The position numbers and the translations under genes are program-made. Below are positions 37,318-44,811 of a stretch of DNA of 64,000 bases, one piece after another (positions within the stretch are counted from its first letter, which is position 1; every line of letters starts with the position of its first letter). The notes beneath the pieces were generated by a model. It ran no database searches, had not been told where the DNA came from, and was given only the letters and a program-made list of their open reading frames with translations. Where the stretch lies: NCBI GenBank assembly GCA_049997875.1, contig JBEKRC010000005.1:1679-65678 (forward strand), in the 5' to 3' direction. Origin of the DNA: Minisyncoccia bacterium (lineage in GTDB: Bacteria > Patescibacteriota > Minisyncoccia > UBA6257 > 2-01-FULL-56-20).

Positions 37318-38001
37318 ATGAAAAAGCTCGCCATTTTTGACATTGACGGGACGATCTTCCGGTCCAGTCTGCTCATTGAACTTGTGGACGCGTTGATTCA
37401 CGAGGGGATTTTCAAGCCAAGCGTGATGCGGATCTACGAGCGGGATAAACGCGCATGGCTTGACCGGAAGGGGGACTACGACGCCTATATTGAAAGCGTC
37501 ATCAGGGCGTTCCTCAAAAATATCAAAGGCGTGCCGTATGCCCGTTTCGCGCGCGTGGCGAAAAAAGTGGTCGCGCTCCACAAGAACCGCGTGTACCGCT
37601 ATACCCGCGATCTCGTTCGCGCTTTAAGGCGCAGGGGATATTGGCTCGTCGCGATCTCGCACTCGCCGCGCGGCGTTGTGGGACCGTTCGCCGCGCAGAT
37701 GGGATTCAATAAAGTGTACGGGCTGCTGTACGAACTCGGCCCCACGAGGCGGTTCAACGGGAAGGTGATGTTTGAGGATCTGATTTTTGACAAGGCGAAG
37801 ATCGTGGCGCGCGTGCTTGCGAAAGAGGGCGTCACGCTCAGCGGTTCCGTGGGCGTGGGGGATACGGAGAGCGACATTCCTTTTTTGAAGCTCGTCACCC
37901 GGGCGATCTGCTTCAATCCGAACGGAAAGCTTTACCGCGCGGCACGCCGCCACGGTTGGGAGATTGTCGTGGAGCGGAAGGACGTGGTGTATCGGATGTA
38001 G
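37318..38001 (+). CDS. HAD-superfamily hydrolase
   Basis: MKKLAIFDIDGTIF is HAD motif I. A downstream GVGDTESD segment is HAD motif IV. Confidence 0.7.
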   Translation: MKKLAIFDIDGTIFRSSLLIELVDALIHEGIFKPSVMRIYERDKRAWLDRKGDYDAYIESVIRAFLKNIKGVPYARFARVAKKVVALHKNRVYRYTRDLVRALRRRGYWLVAISHSPRGVVGPFAAQMGFNKVYGLLYELGPTRRFNGKVMFEDLIFDKAKIVARVLAKEGVTLSGSVGVGDTESDIPFLKLVTRAICFNPNGKLYRAARRHGWEIVVERKDVVYRM

Positions 38002-38009
38002 ATTTGATT

Positions 38010-38286
38010 TGGATTCTTAACGCTGGAAGCAACCAGGAGGACTGGGTTAAGGCCTTACCTGGAACTTAGCGCGGTGTGGTACTGCCCCTTTTTCGATTGT
38101 AAGTCGTGTAGGAGTTGCGCCTCGCACTCTCCCTCCTCCTGCCTCAGGCACTTGCCCGTCGGCTTAGACGGCGGCGTTTCAGCCACCGGCGTCAGGCGTT
38201 CGGAATCACCCTACTTGCCACGGGGGAGATGCTTTATCCCATACCACGAGGATTATTCAGCCACTACTTCCAGCGTTAAGAATCCA
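38010..38286. repeat. 277-bp element bounded by perfect 20-bp inverted repeats (MITE-like or long closing helix of a structured RNA)
   Basis: TGGATTCTTAACGCTGGAAG at 38010-38029 and its exact reverse complement at 38267-38286. The interior is GC-rich and ORF-poor with several hairpins. Confidence 0.4.
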
Positions 38287-38322
38287 ATAAAGATAACGGC
38301 GGCTCATTGCCGATGGTTACTA

Positions 38323-38360
38323 CTTTTTTAATATTTTTTTAATGCTCCGCGTGCAATGCT
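38323..38360 (+). promoter_or_regulatory. AT-rich promoter motif variant CTTTTTTAATATTTTTTTAATG upstream of paralog A
   Basis: Motif 38323-38344. Candidate -10 tgcaatgct at 38352-38360. Confidence 0.4.
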
Positions 38361-38366
38361 TGGCGG

Positions 38367-38792
38367 ATGGTACATCGTTATCGCGTGGATGAGAAAGGAG
38401 CAAAAAAGCTTTATAAGAAGATAGGAAGCGTATCTTGCAGTCTATTCGGCGGGGAGGCAGTATATTTCAATAGCATCGGATTTCGTCATCTTATTCTGAA
38501 GCATGGTGTCCAGAGGTCATCGCGTGAAATAAAAAGGCGCTTTGCCCTATTGCCTTACGTGGCGGAGATCGTCGAGAAATCGGGCAGGCTTATTTCTCGC
38601 AAGGAAAAAATCACGAATCGGCCAATCCATCGCCATGGAAAGCGGACCTATTCGCCTTCAAGAGCGACCTTCTGGACGCTTCGAGCAGGAGTGGACGGCA
38701 GGGACGTGACGGTAATTGTCCGGCAATTTCAAGGCGGCAAAAAACATTTTCTCAGCGTATACGATAAGAAAAACAAAAAACTCCCTTCGTAG
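38367..38792 (+). CDS. hypothetical small protein, paralog A of a two-member family in this window
   Basis: 141 aa. Shares VYFNSIGFRHLI...RRFALLPYV...FW...VIVRQ..GGKKHFLSVY with the 40346 gene (roughly 40% identity by eye). Confidence 0.5.
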   Translation: MVHRYRVDEKGAKKLYKKIGSVSCSLFGGEAVYFNSIGFRHLILKHGVQRSSREIKRRFALLPYVAEIVEKSGRLISRKEKITNRPIHRHGKRTYSPSRATFWTLRAGVDGRDVTVIVRQFQGGKKHFLSVYDKKNKKLPS

Positions 38793-38803
38793 GGGAGCTT
38801 TTT
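38781..38803 (+). terminator. intrinsic terminator overlapping the paralog A stop codon
   Basis: ctccc-ttcgtag-gggag followed by cttttt. Confidence 0.5.
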
Positions 38804-38804
38804 G

Positions 38805-38866
38805 ATATGCCCGCTTCAACGATATAGCCGAATGGGACTGACGCCCCGCGGGCATGGTTTTATTGT
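38805..38866 (+). other. conserved hairpin element, copy 1: outer stem atgcccgc/gcgggcat, core GCCGAATGGGAC-TGAC-GCCCC
   Basis: Family member. Compare 40737-40800 and the inverted copy at 40221-40270. The outer stems differ while the core is conserved. Confidence 0.45.
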
Positions 38867-38890
38867 GGGCGATTTTTCACACAAGTCAAG

Positions 38891-38913
38891 TTTCTTTTAA
38901 TAATTTTTTAATG
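38891..38913 (+). promoter_or_regulatory. AT-rich promoter motif TTTCTTTTAATAATTTTTTAATG upstream of xseA
   Basis: Exact motif copy. Confidence 0.45.
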
Positions 38914-39019
38914 TGTATGTTGTACCATGGATGCGGGCGTGATGCCTTTCACCATCGGCATGCCCCGAACTCCCGCAAGACCGCTCGCAAGAGCGGTTTT
39001 GTGCTGCTACAATAACCAT

Positions 39020-40168
39020 ATGAAGCCGCTGAACGCAGCCGACCATGTCTTCACGATTGGCGAATACATAGAGATCCTGAATACGTTCTTCAAGGCGCAG
39101 GCGGCGAGGATCAGGGGAGAGATCTCGGAGCTGCACCGTGACGCAAAGGGCCACGTCTACTTCGCGATTAAAGATAAAGATGACGGTAGTGTTTTAAGCT
39201 GCATCATCTGGAACCGCAATTACGATCTCTGCGGGGTAGTGCTTGAGGTGGGAATGGAGCTGATCCTCTCGGGGCACCCGAACATTTACGCGCCGAATGG
39301 GCGGCTGTCTTTCATTGCGGATACGGTGGAGCTCGTAGGCGAAGGAGCCTTGAAGAAAGCGTACGAAGCGCTTAAGCGAAAACTGGAAGCGGAGGGCGTG
39401 TTCGCGCCGGAGCGGAAGAGGCCGCTTCCGGAATATCCGACGCAGATCGGAGTTGTGACGTCCATGAAGGGCGCCGTGATCCACGATTTCCTGAATAACC
39501 TTGGGAAGTTCGGGTTCAGGGTGCGCGCGACGGATTCGCGCGTGGAGGGGCAGCAAGCGGTGGTACCTCTTTTGAACGCACTTGCCCTCATGCGGCGCGA
39601 GGCGCAGGCGGGGCGGCTGGACGTGCTCGTTTTGATCCGGGGCGGCGGGTCGCTCGAATCATTGCAGGCATTCAATAACGAAAAGCTTGTGCGCGAGATC
39701 GTGCATTTTCCGGTGCCCGTCGTCGCAGGGATCGGGCACGACAAGGATGTCCCCTTGTCGGCGCTCGCGGCGGATATTATGGTTTCCACGCCGACTGCCA
39801 CGGCGCATCTTTTGAGCAAGCCATGGGAGGAGGCGTACGCGAAAGTGAGGGAGGCGGCGTATCTTTTTTCCCGGGTGGAATCGCGATTTGAACGGATTCG
39901 CGCGGATCTGGACGCTGCGTGGAGTTCGGTGATTGACCACACGGCGCAGGGGATAGCGCATGCAAAGGAGATTTTTGCGAACGCCGAACGGCTGATTGCG
40001 CTCCATGATCCGCGCAGGCAGCTGCGACTCGGCTATGCGATCGTGCGGCACGGCGGCGAAGGAGGCGAGGCCGGTAAGCTCGTGCGGAGCATGCGGGATG
40101 TGGCCGCGGGAGATGTTTTGAACACGGAACTTGCGGACGGGGTGGTGAAGTCAAGGGTGGAGGAGTAG
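39020..40168 (+). CDS. xseA: exodeoxyribonuclease VII large subunit
   Basis: N-terminal OB-fold FTIGEYIEILNTFFKAQAARIRGEISELHRDAKGHVYFAIKD and catalytic core GGGSLESLQAFNNE...VAGIGHDKDVPLSALAAD. Confidence 0.8.
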   Translation: MKPLNAADHVFTIGEYIEILNTFFKAQAARIRGEISELHRDAKGHVYFAIKDKDDGSVLSCIIWNRNYDLCGVVLEVGMELILSGHPNIYAPNGRLSFIADTVELVGEGALKKAYEALKRKLEAEGVFAPERKRPLPEYPTQIGVVTSMKGAVIHDFLNNLGKFGFRVRATDSRVEGQQAVVPLLNALALMRREAQAGRLDVLVLIRGGGSLESLQAFNNEKLVREIVHFPVPVVAGIGHDKDVPLSALAADIMVSTPTATAHLLSKPWEEAYAKVREAAYLFSRVESRFERIRADLDAAWSSVIDHTAQGIAHAKEIFANAERLIALHDPRRQLRLGYAIVRHGGEGGEAGKLVRSMRDVAAGDVLNTELADGVVKSRVEE

Positions 40169-40180
40169 AAGTCAAATTTA

Positions 40181-40214
40181 TTTTAATAATTTTTTAATCT
40201 CTGCGTGCTATAAT
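40181..40214 (+). promoter_or_regulatory. AT-rich promoter motif TTTTAATAATTTTTTAAT plus gcTATAAT driving the small RNA at 40221
   Basis: Motif 40181-40198. TATAAT at 40209-40214. Confidence 0.5.
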
Positions 40215-40220
40215 AATCGT

Positions 40221-40299
40221 GTGCTTGGGGGACTAACGTCCCGTTCGGCCACCAAGCTGAGCCCAAGCACATCAAAGTCACCGCGCACGCGGTGTTTTT
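40221..40299 (+). ncRNA. candidate small RNA carrying an inverted copy of the hairpin family, with its own promoter and intrinsic terminator
   Basis: gtgcttggg-ggactaacgtcc-cgttcggcc-...-cccaagcac. Its reverse complement has GCCGAACGGGAC-GTTA-GTCCC. Ends with accgcg-cac-gcggtg plus a T run at 40280-40299. Confidence 0.4.
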
Positions 40300-40300
40300 G

Positions 40301-40338
40301 ATATTTTTTAAATATTTTTAATGCTCTTTTTTATATGA
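40301..40338 (+). promoter_or_regulatory. AT-rich promoter motif variant plus TTATATGAT -10; leaderless for paralog B
   Basis: atattttttaaatatttttaatg, then ttatatgat 7 nt before the ATG at 40346. Confidence 0.45.
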
Positions 40339-40345
40339 TGCGGCG

Positions 40346-40699
40346 ATGGGCTACCGCGAAACAAAAAAGAAGGCAAGAACGTTCTACTCAAATATGAAAC
40401 CAGCCATACCTCCCAGATTAGAGAAAACAGTTTTCTTCAACAACATAGGGTTTAGGCACCTCATTTGGAAAGGTGGAAAACATCGACCGAAAAGCGAGCA
40501 GACGAGGCGTTTCGCTCTGCTTCCTCACGTAGAAAAGATCATAAGCAATCCTGACGCAACGGTTCTTCGCAAGGTGAAGCACTACAGACCCGTCCGTGCG
40601 GAATTTTGGATCTTTAAAGAAAGGGTGGGGAAGATGATGATCACGGTGGTGATAAGGAGGATTGGGAACGGGAAAAGACATTTTTTCAGCGTTTATTAA
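40346..40699 (+). CDS. hypothetical small protein, paralog B
   Basis: 117 aa, VFFNNIGFRHLIW...RRFALLPHVEKII...FWIF...VVIRRIGNGKRHFFSVY. Inserted between xseA and xseB. Confidence 0.5.
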   Translation: MGYRETKKKARTFYSNMKPAIPPRLEKTVFFNNIGFRHLIWKGGKHRPKSEQTRRFALLPHVEKIISNPDATVLRKVKHYRPVRAEFWIFKERVGKMMITVVIRRIGNGKRHFFSVY

Positions 40700-40712
40700 G
40701 GGCATCAAAAAT

Positions 40713-40736
40713 CCGCTCAGGATTGAGCGGTTCTTT
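40713..40736 (+). terminator. intrinsic terminator after paralog B
   Basis: ccgctc-aggatt-gagcgg followed by ttcttt. Confidence 0.45.
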
Positions 40737-40800
40737 GATATGCCCGTTACCAGCCATGTAACGCCGATTAGGGACTTCCGTCCCACGGGCATACTCCCAT
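40737..40800 (+). other. conserved hairpin element, copy 3: outer stem atgcccg/cgggcat, core GCCGATTAGGGAC-TTCC-GTCCC
   Basis: Same architecture as copy 1. Confidence 0.45.
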
Positions 40801-40833
40801 TTTAGGGCAATCTATTCTTGAAAGTCAACTTTC

Positions 40834-40874
40834 TTTTAATGATTTTTTAATCTTTCGGCGATAAGGAGTATAAT
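40834..40874 (+). promoter_or_regulatory. AT-rich promoter motif TTTTAATGATTTTTTAATC plus gagTATAAT; leaderless for xseB
   Basis: TATAAT at 40869-40874. ATG at 40882. Confidence 0.5.
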
Positions 40875-40881
40875 AAACCCA

Positions 40882-41088
40882 ATGGCTGCGAAACCCGCGA
40901 AAGACGATTTCAAACATCATTTGGAGGAGATCGGAAAGATCCTTTCCTGGTTTGATGCGCAGGAGGAGCTGGATGTGGAAGCCGCGCTTCTGAAGATAAA
41001 AAAGGCGGCGGAGCTTATTAAGGCGAGCCGGAAGAGGCTTAAGGAGATTGAGAATGAATTTGAGGAGATAAAGGGGGAGACGGAGTAG
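40882..41088 (+). CDS. xseB: exodeoxyribonuclease VII small subunit
   Basis: 68-aa coiled-coil protein FKHHLEEIGKILSWFDAQEELDVEAALLKIKKAAELIKASRKRLKEIENEFEEI. Confidence 0.7.
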   Translation: MAAKPAKDDFKHHLEEIGKILSWFDAQEELDVEAALLKIKKAAELIKASRKRLKEIENEFEEIKGETE

Positions 41089-41094
41089 GGCGCA

Positions 41095-41382
41095 TTAACG
41101 GTCAACAAGCGCGATCTGCTTATTGAACACGTGCGCGATCCTGTACAGGGTTGCGAGAGATACGGGGTGTTTTCCAGATTCTATCCGCGCAACGACTGAT
41201 TGTGGCATAGATGCTTTCGCCGCCACTTGTTTCTGCGTCATGTTTTTCTTTTGCCGAAGCACCTTTATCTGATAGGCAAGGCGGAGGCGATTCACTTCTT
41301 CGGTGAACCCCTTTCTGAAGGCGGGGTTTTTAAGTTCTTCTTTTAGAACTTTCTCAAAGGGAATAAATTTCAGTTTTTCCAT
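41095..41382 (-). CDS. HTH XRE-family antitoxin (HigA-like)
   Basis: KNMTQKQVAAKASMPQSVVARIESGKHPVSLATLYRIAHVF is a helix-turn-helix. Overlaps the upstream toxin gene by 13 nt. Confidence 0.65.
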   Translation of the reverse strand: MEKLKFIPFEKVLKEELKNPAFRKGFTEEVNRLRLAYQIKVLRQKKNMTQKQVAAKASMPQSVVARIESGKHPVSLATLYRIAHVFNKQIALVDR

Positions 41383-41714
41383 GGCAGCTGTTTGAATGTT
41401 TTATATATTGCTTCCGCTTTTCTTATGATGCGGAGCGGTGTCTTTTGGGATTGTTTTTTGAACAAGGAGACAAAATAGATTGCCTCGCCGCTTTTGAAGA
41501 AAATCAGGCGATAGCGATGAACGATGAGTTCCTGAATGCCGCCACGGAGGGTTTTTATCGTAAGCGCCCCCACTTCTCCTTCTCGCAATAGTGTGAGATG
41601 CGCATAGATTTTGTCCTTCTCGTGCACGGGGAGGTCGGATAGTGCCCTGTAGAAATCATGAAGGAAATGAAGGGTGGTCATCAAGCGCCCTTCTCCCGGA
41701 TAGGAGTATAGCAA
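41370..41714 (-). CDS. RelE/ParE-superfamily toxin (HigB / phage Gp49-like); alternative start at Met12
   Basis: GIQELIVHRYRLIFFKSGEAIYFVSLFKKQSQKTP is the Gp49/HigB-like pattern. Toxin-first gene order with the XRE antitoxin. Confidence 0.6.
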   Translation of the reverse strand: MLYSYPGEGRLMTTLHFLHDFYRALSDLPVHEKDKIYAHLTLLREGEVGALTIKTLRGGIQELIVHRYRLIFFKSGEAIYFVSLFKKQSQKTPLRIIRKAEAIYKTFKQLPWKN

Positions 41715-41819
41715 AATTGCTATACCATTGTCAACGGTCCATTCAGAGAGGCCGGGCGTGGCTGCATGGTATCAAATAAGGGATTAAAACAATCTAAAGG
41801 CGCCTGCTATCAATGCGGC

Positions 41820-42401
41820 TTAAACCGCCTTCACCGTGAGCTCGTTGCGATAGGGCTCAAGGAGCTCAAGCCGGCCATCGGGCGCGATCCATTCCTTTTC
41901 CCTGCCCGGCGGAAGGATGGCGGGCATCCGGTCGTGGATGGGGGACATGGTCTTGTTCGCGGGCACGGTGATGATGGAGAAGAACGGCCGCATGGCGTCG
42001 GAAAGCGTTTTGGTCCTCCATTCGTAGATCCCTGCGAAGGCCATCGGGCGGTGTTCCAGCGTGAAGCGGTACTTCTCTCTCGCGCCGCCGGTCCTCTTCC
42101 ACTCGTAGAAGCCGTCCGCAAGGACAATGCAGCGATGGTTCTCCACGGCCTTGCGGAAGTAGGGCTTGCCGAGGATGCTTTCGGCCCTGATATTGATGAG
42201 CTCCTTCTTTCTGCCCTTGACCTCGGTGGGATAGCCCCAATGGCCGAGGATTATTTGGTTCGGCTCGCTCGCGAGCACGACGGGCAGGTTTTCGCTCGGG
42301 CGGGCGTCGTCCGTCACGAGATACGCCTCGTGGGGAGGGAGGACGCCGAAGTATTCGGCCAGATTCTTCACGGGGGTGGTGATGGCGTAGCGGCCGCACA
42401 T
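41820..42401 (-). CDS. yedK: SOS-response-associated peptidase (SRAP/YedK, abasic-site crosslinking protein)
   Basis: Starts MCGRYA, with the invariant Cys2. DUF159 pattern throughout. Confidence 0.8.
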   Translation of the reverse strand: MCGRYAITTPVKNLAEYFGVLPPHEAYLVTDDARPSENLPVVLASEPNQIILGHWGYPTEVKGRKKELINIRAESILGKPYFRKAVENHRCIVLADGFYEWKRTGGAREKYRFTLEHRPMAFAGIYEWRTKTLSDAMRPFFSIITVPANKTMSPIHDRMPAILPPGREKEWIAPDGRLELLEPYRNELTVKAV

Positions 42402-42676
42402 GAGGTAACTATAGCGCTCGCCATCAATTTCGCCATTTTCCTGCGCTCCTCTCTGACGTCCATGCACCAGGCGTGGCCTCTCACGGTGATCACAAGTTCA
42501 AGGAATTCGGGGAGGTTTTTCTTGAGAGTTTTGTGGGGAGATTTTTGGTAGAGGGCGAGCTTTTTCTTGGCGCGGTAGTATTCGTCGGGAGACATAGGGT
42601 GATCTTTGATCGGGAGGGGAGGGTGAGTCAAGGGGGTAAGGCCCCAATTGAACATTAAGGAGGAAAGAGGTAGGGT

Positions 42677-42706
42677 TTTAATAAAGATTTAATGATTTTT
42701 TAATCT
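42677..42706 (+). promoter_or_regulatory. AT-rich promoter motif variant TTTTAATAAAGATTTAATGATTTTTTAATC upstream of the NucS-like gene
   Basis: Shares the TTTAATAAAGATTTAATGA variant with the copy at 48041. Confidence 0.4.
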
Positions 42707-42710
42707 TTCC

Positions 42711-43700
42711 ATGGAAAAGGTGGGGCAGCCTATGAACCATTCTTTGTTTGTGCTTACCGCCAGTAATCCTGAAGCGTATCAGCACTATATCGATACGATT
42801 GAGCGTGGCTTTCCTATTAACGATATTAAGGAGTTTCTGAGTGAAGATCAGTATATTGCCCTAAGGAATCTTTGCGGGGAAGAGCATCTTAAGGCTTGGG
42901 GTGCTACCCCGGGGAAGGGTAATATTGCCACTTGGAACAAGATGAATATCGGCGACCCGATCCTTATTTATAGACAAGGTAATTTTGAATATTACGCTTT
43001 TATTGCATTCAAGTTGCATAATGTTGAAATAGCAAAAAAGTTATGGCGGACGAACATAAAGGGAGAAACATGGGAATATGTCTACTTTTTAGATAAGCTG
43101 ACAGAAATTTCGGTTCCGGTGAAAATATTTAACGAAAGCATTGGTTATAAAGACAACTTTACGCCACAGGGTTTTAGTTCTGTTGATAAGAAGAAAGTGG
43201 ATTATTTGAAGGAGAAATTTGGATCGATTGAATCATTTCTTAATTATCTGGCAGAAGGGAAATGGATAGAGAGGGAAACCGCATATCCAAGGGAGGTTAA
43301 GGAGACCATTATTCAAGAAAGAGTTTCTCGACAGCTTGGACGCACCTCTTTACTTGAAGCGAACCTCGAAAATTATTTAGCGGATCGTGTTGCCCAGATT
43401 GAACCCGGTTTGAAATTAATTGGTCGACAGTTGGATACAAAAGAAGTCGGGCGGTTGGATCTGCTTTGTGAAGATAAGGATAAAAATTTGGTGGTCGTTG
43501 AATTGAAGCGGGGAACCGCAGGTTCATCAATTATTGATCAGATTCAGCGATACATGGGTTGGATGATCGCTCATAAGGCTCAGCCGAATCAAAAGGTGAG
43601 AGGCATTGTTATTGTGGCGTCCAAAGATACTGCGCTTGAATATGCGGTCAAAGCTAACCCGATGGTGCAGATAAAGACGTTTAATATCAGCGTGCAATAA
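42711..43700 (+). CDS. NucS/EndoMS-like PD-(D/E)xK nuclease (DUF91) with a non-NucS N-terminal domain, possibly PUA/EVE-like; candidate modification-dependent or defense nuclease
   Basis: C-terminus IEPGLKLIGRQLDTKEVGRLDLLCEDKDKNLVVVELKRGTAGSSIIDQIQRYMGWM...KVRGIVIVAS matches the NucS C-terminal nuclease (IEPGFK...GIVDVLGRDSDGNIVVLELKRRRA...KVRGILVAPS). The N-terminal 190 aa (W..N.GDPILIYRQGN..YYAFIAF) differs from the NucS N-domain. GC is about 38%. Confidence 0.6.
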   Translation: MEKVGQPMNHSLFVLTASNPEAYQHYIDTIERGFPINDIKEFLSEDQYIALRNLCGEEHLKAWGATPGKGNIATWNKMNIGDPILIYRQGNFEYYAFIAFKLHNVEIAKKLWRTNIKGETWEYVYFLDKLTEISVPVKIFNESIGYKDNFTPQGFSSVDKKKVDYLKEKFGSIESFLNYLAEGKWIERETAYPREVKETIIQERVSRQLGRTSLLEANLENYLADRVAQIEPGLKLIGRQLDTKEVGRLDLLCEDKDKNLVVVELKRGTAGSSIIDQIQRYMGWMIAHKAQPNQKVRGIVIVASKDTALEYAVKANPMVQIKTFNISVQ

Positions 43701-43760
43701 GTTTCAGTAAGTGAAGCGTTAGGATGGTATTGTGAGTAAATAAAACCGTAGAAAGATAAG

Positions 43761-44081
43761 ATGATTCATAATAAAAATATTTCTTGGTTGCCTCTAACGA
43801 GTTTCATCTGTCTACTTAGTCTTGTGTTTAGTGTCGGCACAATAATGAACCCTTATATTGGCATTTTCTTTGGTGCGTCGTTTACTATATTAGGCGCCGC
43901 AACAGCAGTTTTCCCTAAAGAGATAGCAGAACTTGGAAGAATGTGGTCGCAAAATATCGAAAGAGAGACACATATTTTCCTTATTGCATTTTCTGTTGCC
44001 TGTGCATTAATATTCTTTTGGGCGCGGTATATCGAAGGCTGGAGAATAAAGATCTATAACATTAATTATTCAAATGAATAA
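43761..44081 (+). CDS. small membrane protein (2-3 TM)
   Basis: 106 aa, very AT-rich. Overlaps the next ORF by 8 nt. Confidence 0.4.
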   Translation: MIHNKNISWLPLTSFICLLSLVFSVGTIMNPYIGIFFGASFTILGAATAVFPKEIAELGRMWSQNIERETHIFLIAFSVACALIFFWARYIEGWRIKIYNINYSNE

Positions 44082-44757
44082 ATATTTAAAAGCAATCATT
44101 CAGGGATTATTTATATTAGGGATTGCTGCATTTGCGATATGGTTTCTCAATCTTTTTATTCCAAAGAACCAAGGTGCAGATGTAGCTAACCGAGTTGCTG
44201 ATCAAGTGAAGCAAATTATCTTAAAAAGGCCGACATGTGCTGGAACGTCCGCAGAATTTGAGCAGTTGAAAGAGCAGGGCGGTTATATCCCGCTTCTGCA
44301 GAGTTCAACTGGCATGTATGGAATAGCAGGCGGCGATTTCGTGAATGAGAAACAAGTTACCGTAAATCGTACAGGGAGTGGTTCAGAGGTTGCTTGTGGA
44401 TATTTATATATCAATGCTGGCGTGGGGAAGAGAGCGCTAGATAATGAAGATGTCTACATAGTTCCGGGGGGATTCGGCGGACATCTACAATCTAGCGCCG
44501 CGATTATTAATCAAATCGTAAATTCGAGTACGGAAATGATTTTTTCCTTGGATAACATACAATACCGCAGCAATAAAAACATGTATACTGCAAACTGGGC
44601 TGCGTTACTAAACGTGTCAAACGAAATTAATTTTGAAATTGCATTGAACACCACTGACCCAAGGGGTTTCATTAATGAGGTCGGAATTGCATACAAATGT
44701 TGGAATCCTCAAACTGGCGATGTAACGACGGACTGTCGCTTAAGTGCTCAGCAATAG
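44074..44757 (+). CDS. N-terminally anchored or secreted protein
   Basis: 227 aa. An N-terminal hydrophobic helix is followed by a Cys-containing domain. Confidence 0.4.
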   Translation: MNKYLKAIIQGLFILGIAAFAIWFLNLFIPKNQGADVANRVADQVKQIILKRPTCAGTSAEFEQLKEQGGYIPLLQSSTGMYGIAGGDFVNEKQVTVNRTGSGSEVACGYLYINAGVGKRALDNEDVYIVPGGFGGHLQSSAAIINQIVNSSTEMIFSLDNIQYRSNKNMYTANWAALLNVSNEINFEIALNTTDPRGFINEVGIAYKCWNPQTGDVTTDCRLSAQQ

Positions 44758-44777
44758 CATATTAAAAGATCTCGAGA

Positions 44778-44803
44778 AATCGTGGCTTTTGCACTTTTAC
44801 GAG
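44778..44803 (+). promoter_or_regulatory. promoter-like TTGCAC-14-gagTATAAT upstream of the large structured RNA
   Basis: ttgcac at 44778-44783 and tataat at 44798-44803. The gagTATAAT -10 form is shared with the cassette promoters. Confidence 0.35.
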
Positions 44804-44811
44804 GAGAGTAT

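Noticed and set aside
38927-39019. Upstream extension of xseA from the ORF-track start at 38927
   Set aside because: Homology to XseA begins at MKPLNAADHVFTIGEY (39020). The extension is Arg/Pro-rich and overlaps the promoter motif.
42368-42655. 95-aa ORF on the minus strand overlapping the yedK start
   Set aside because: It overlaps the SRAP MCGR start by about 34 nt in another frame, has no recognisable motif, and its promoter region coincides with yedK upstream sequence. It is possibly real but unsupported.
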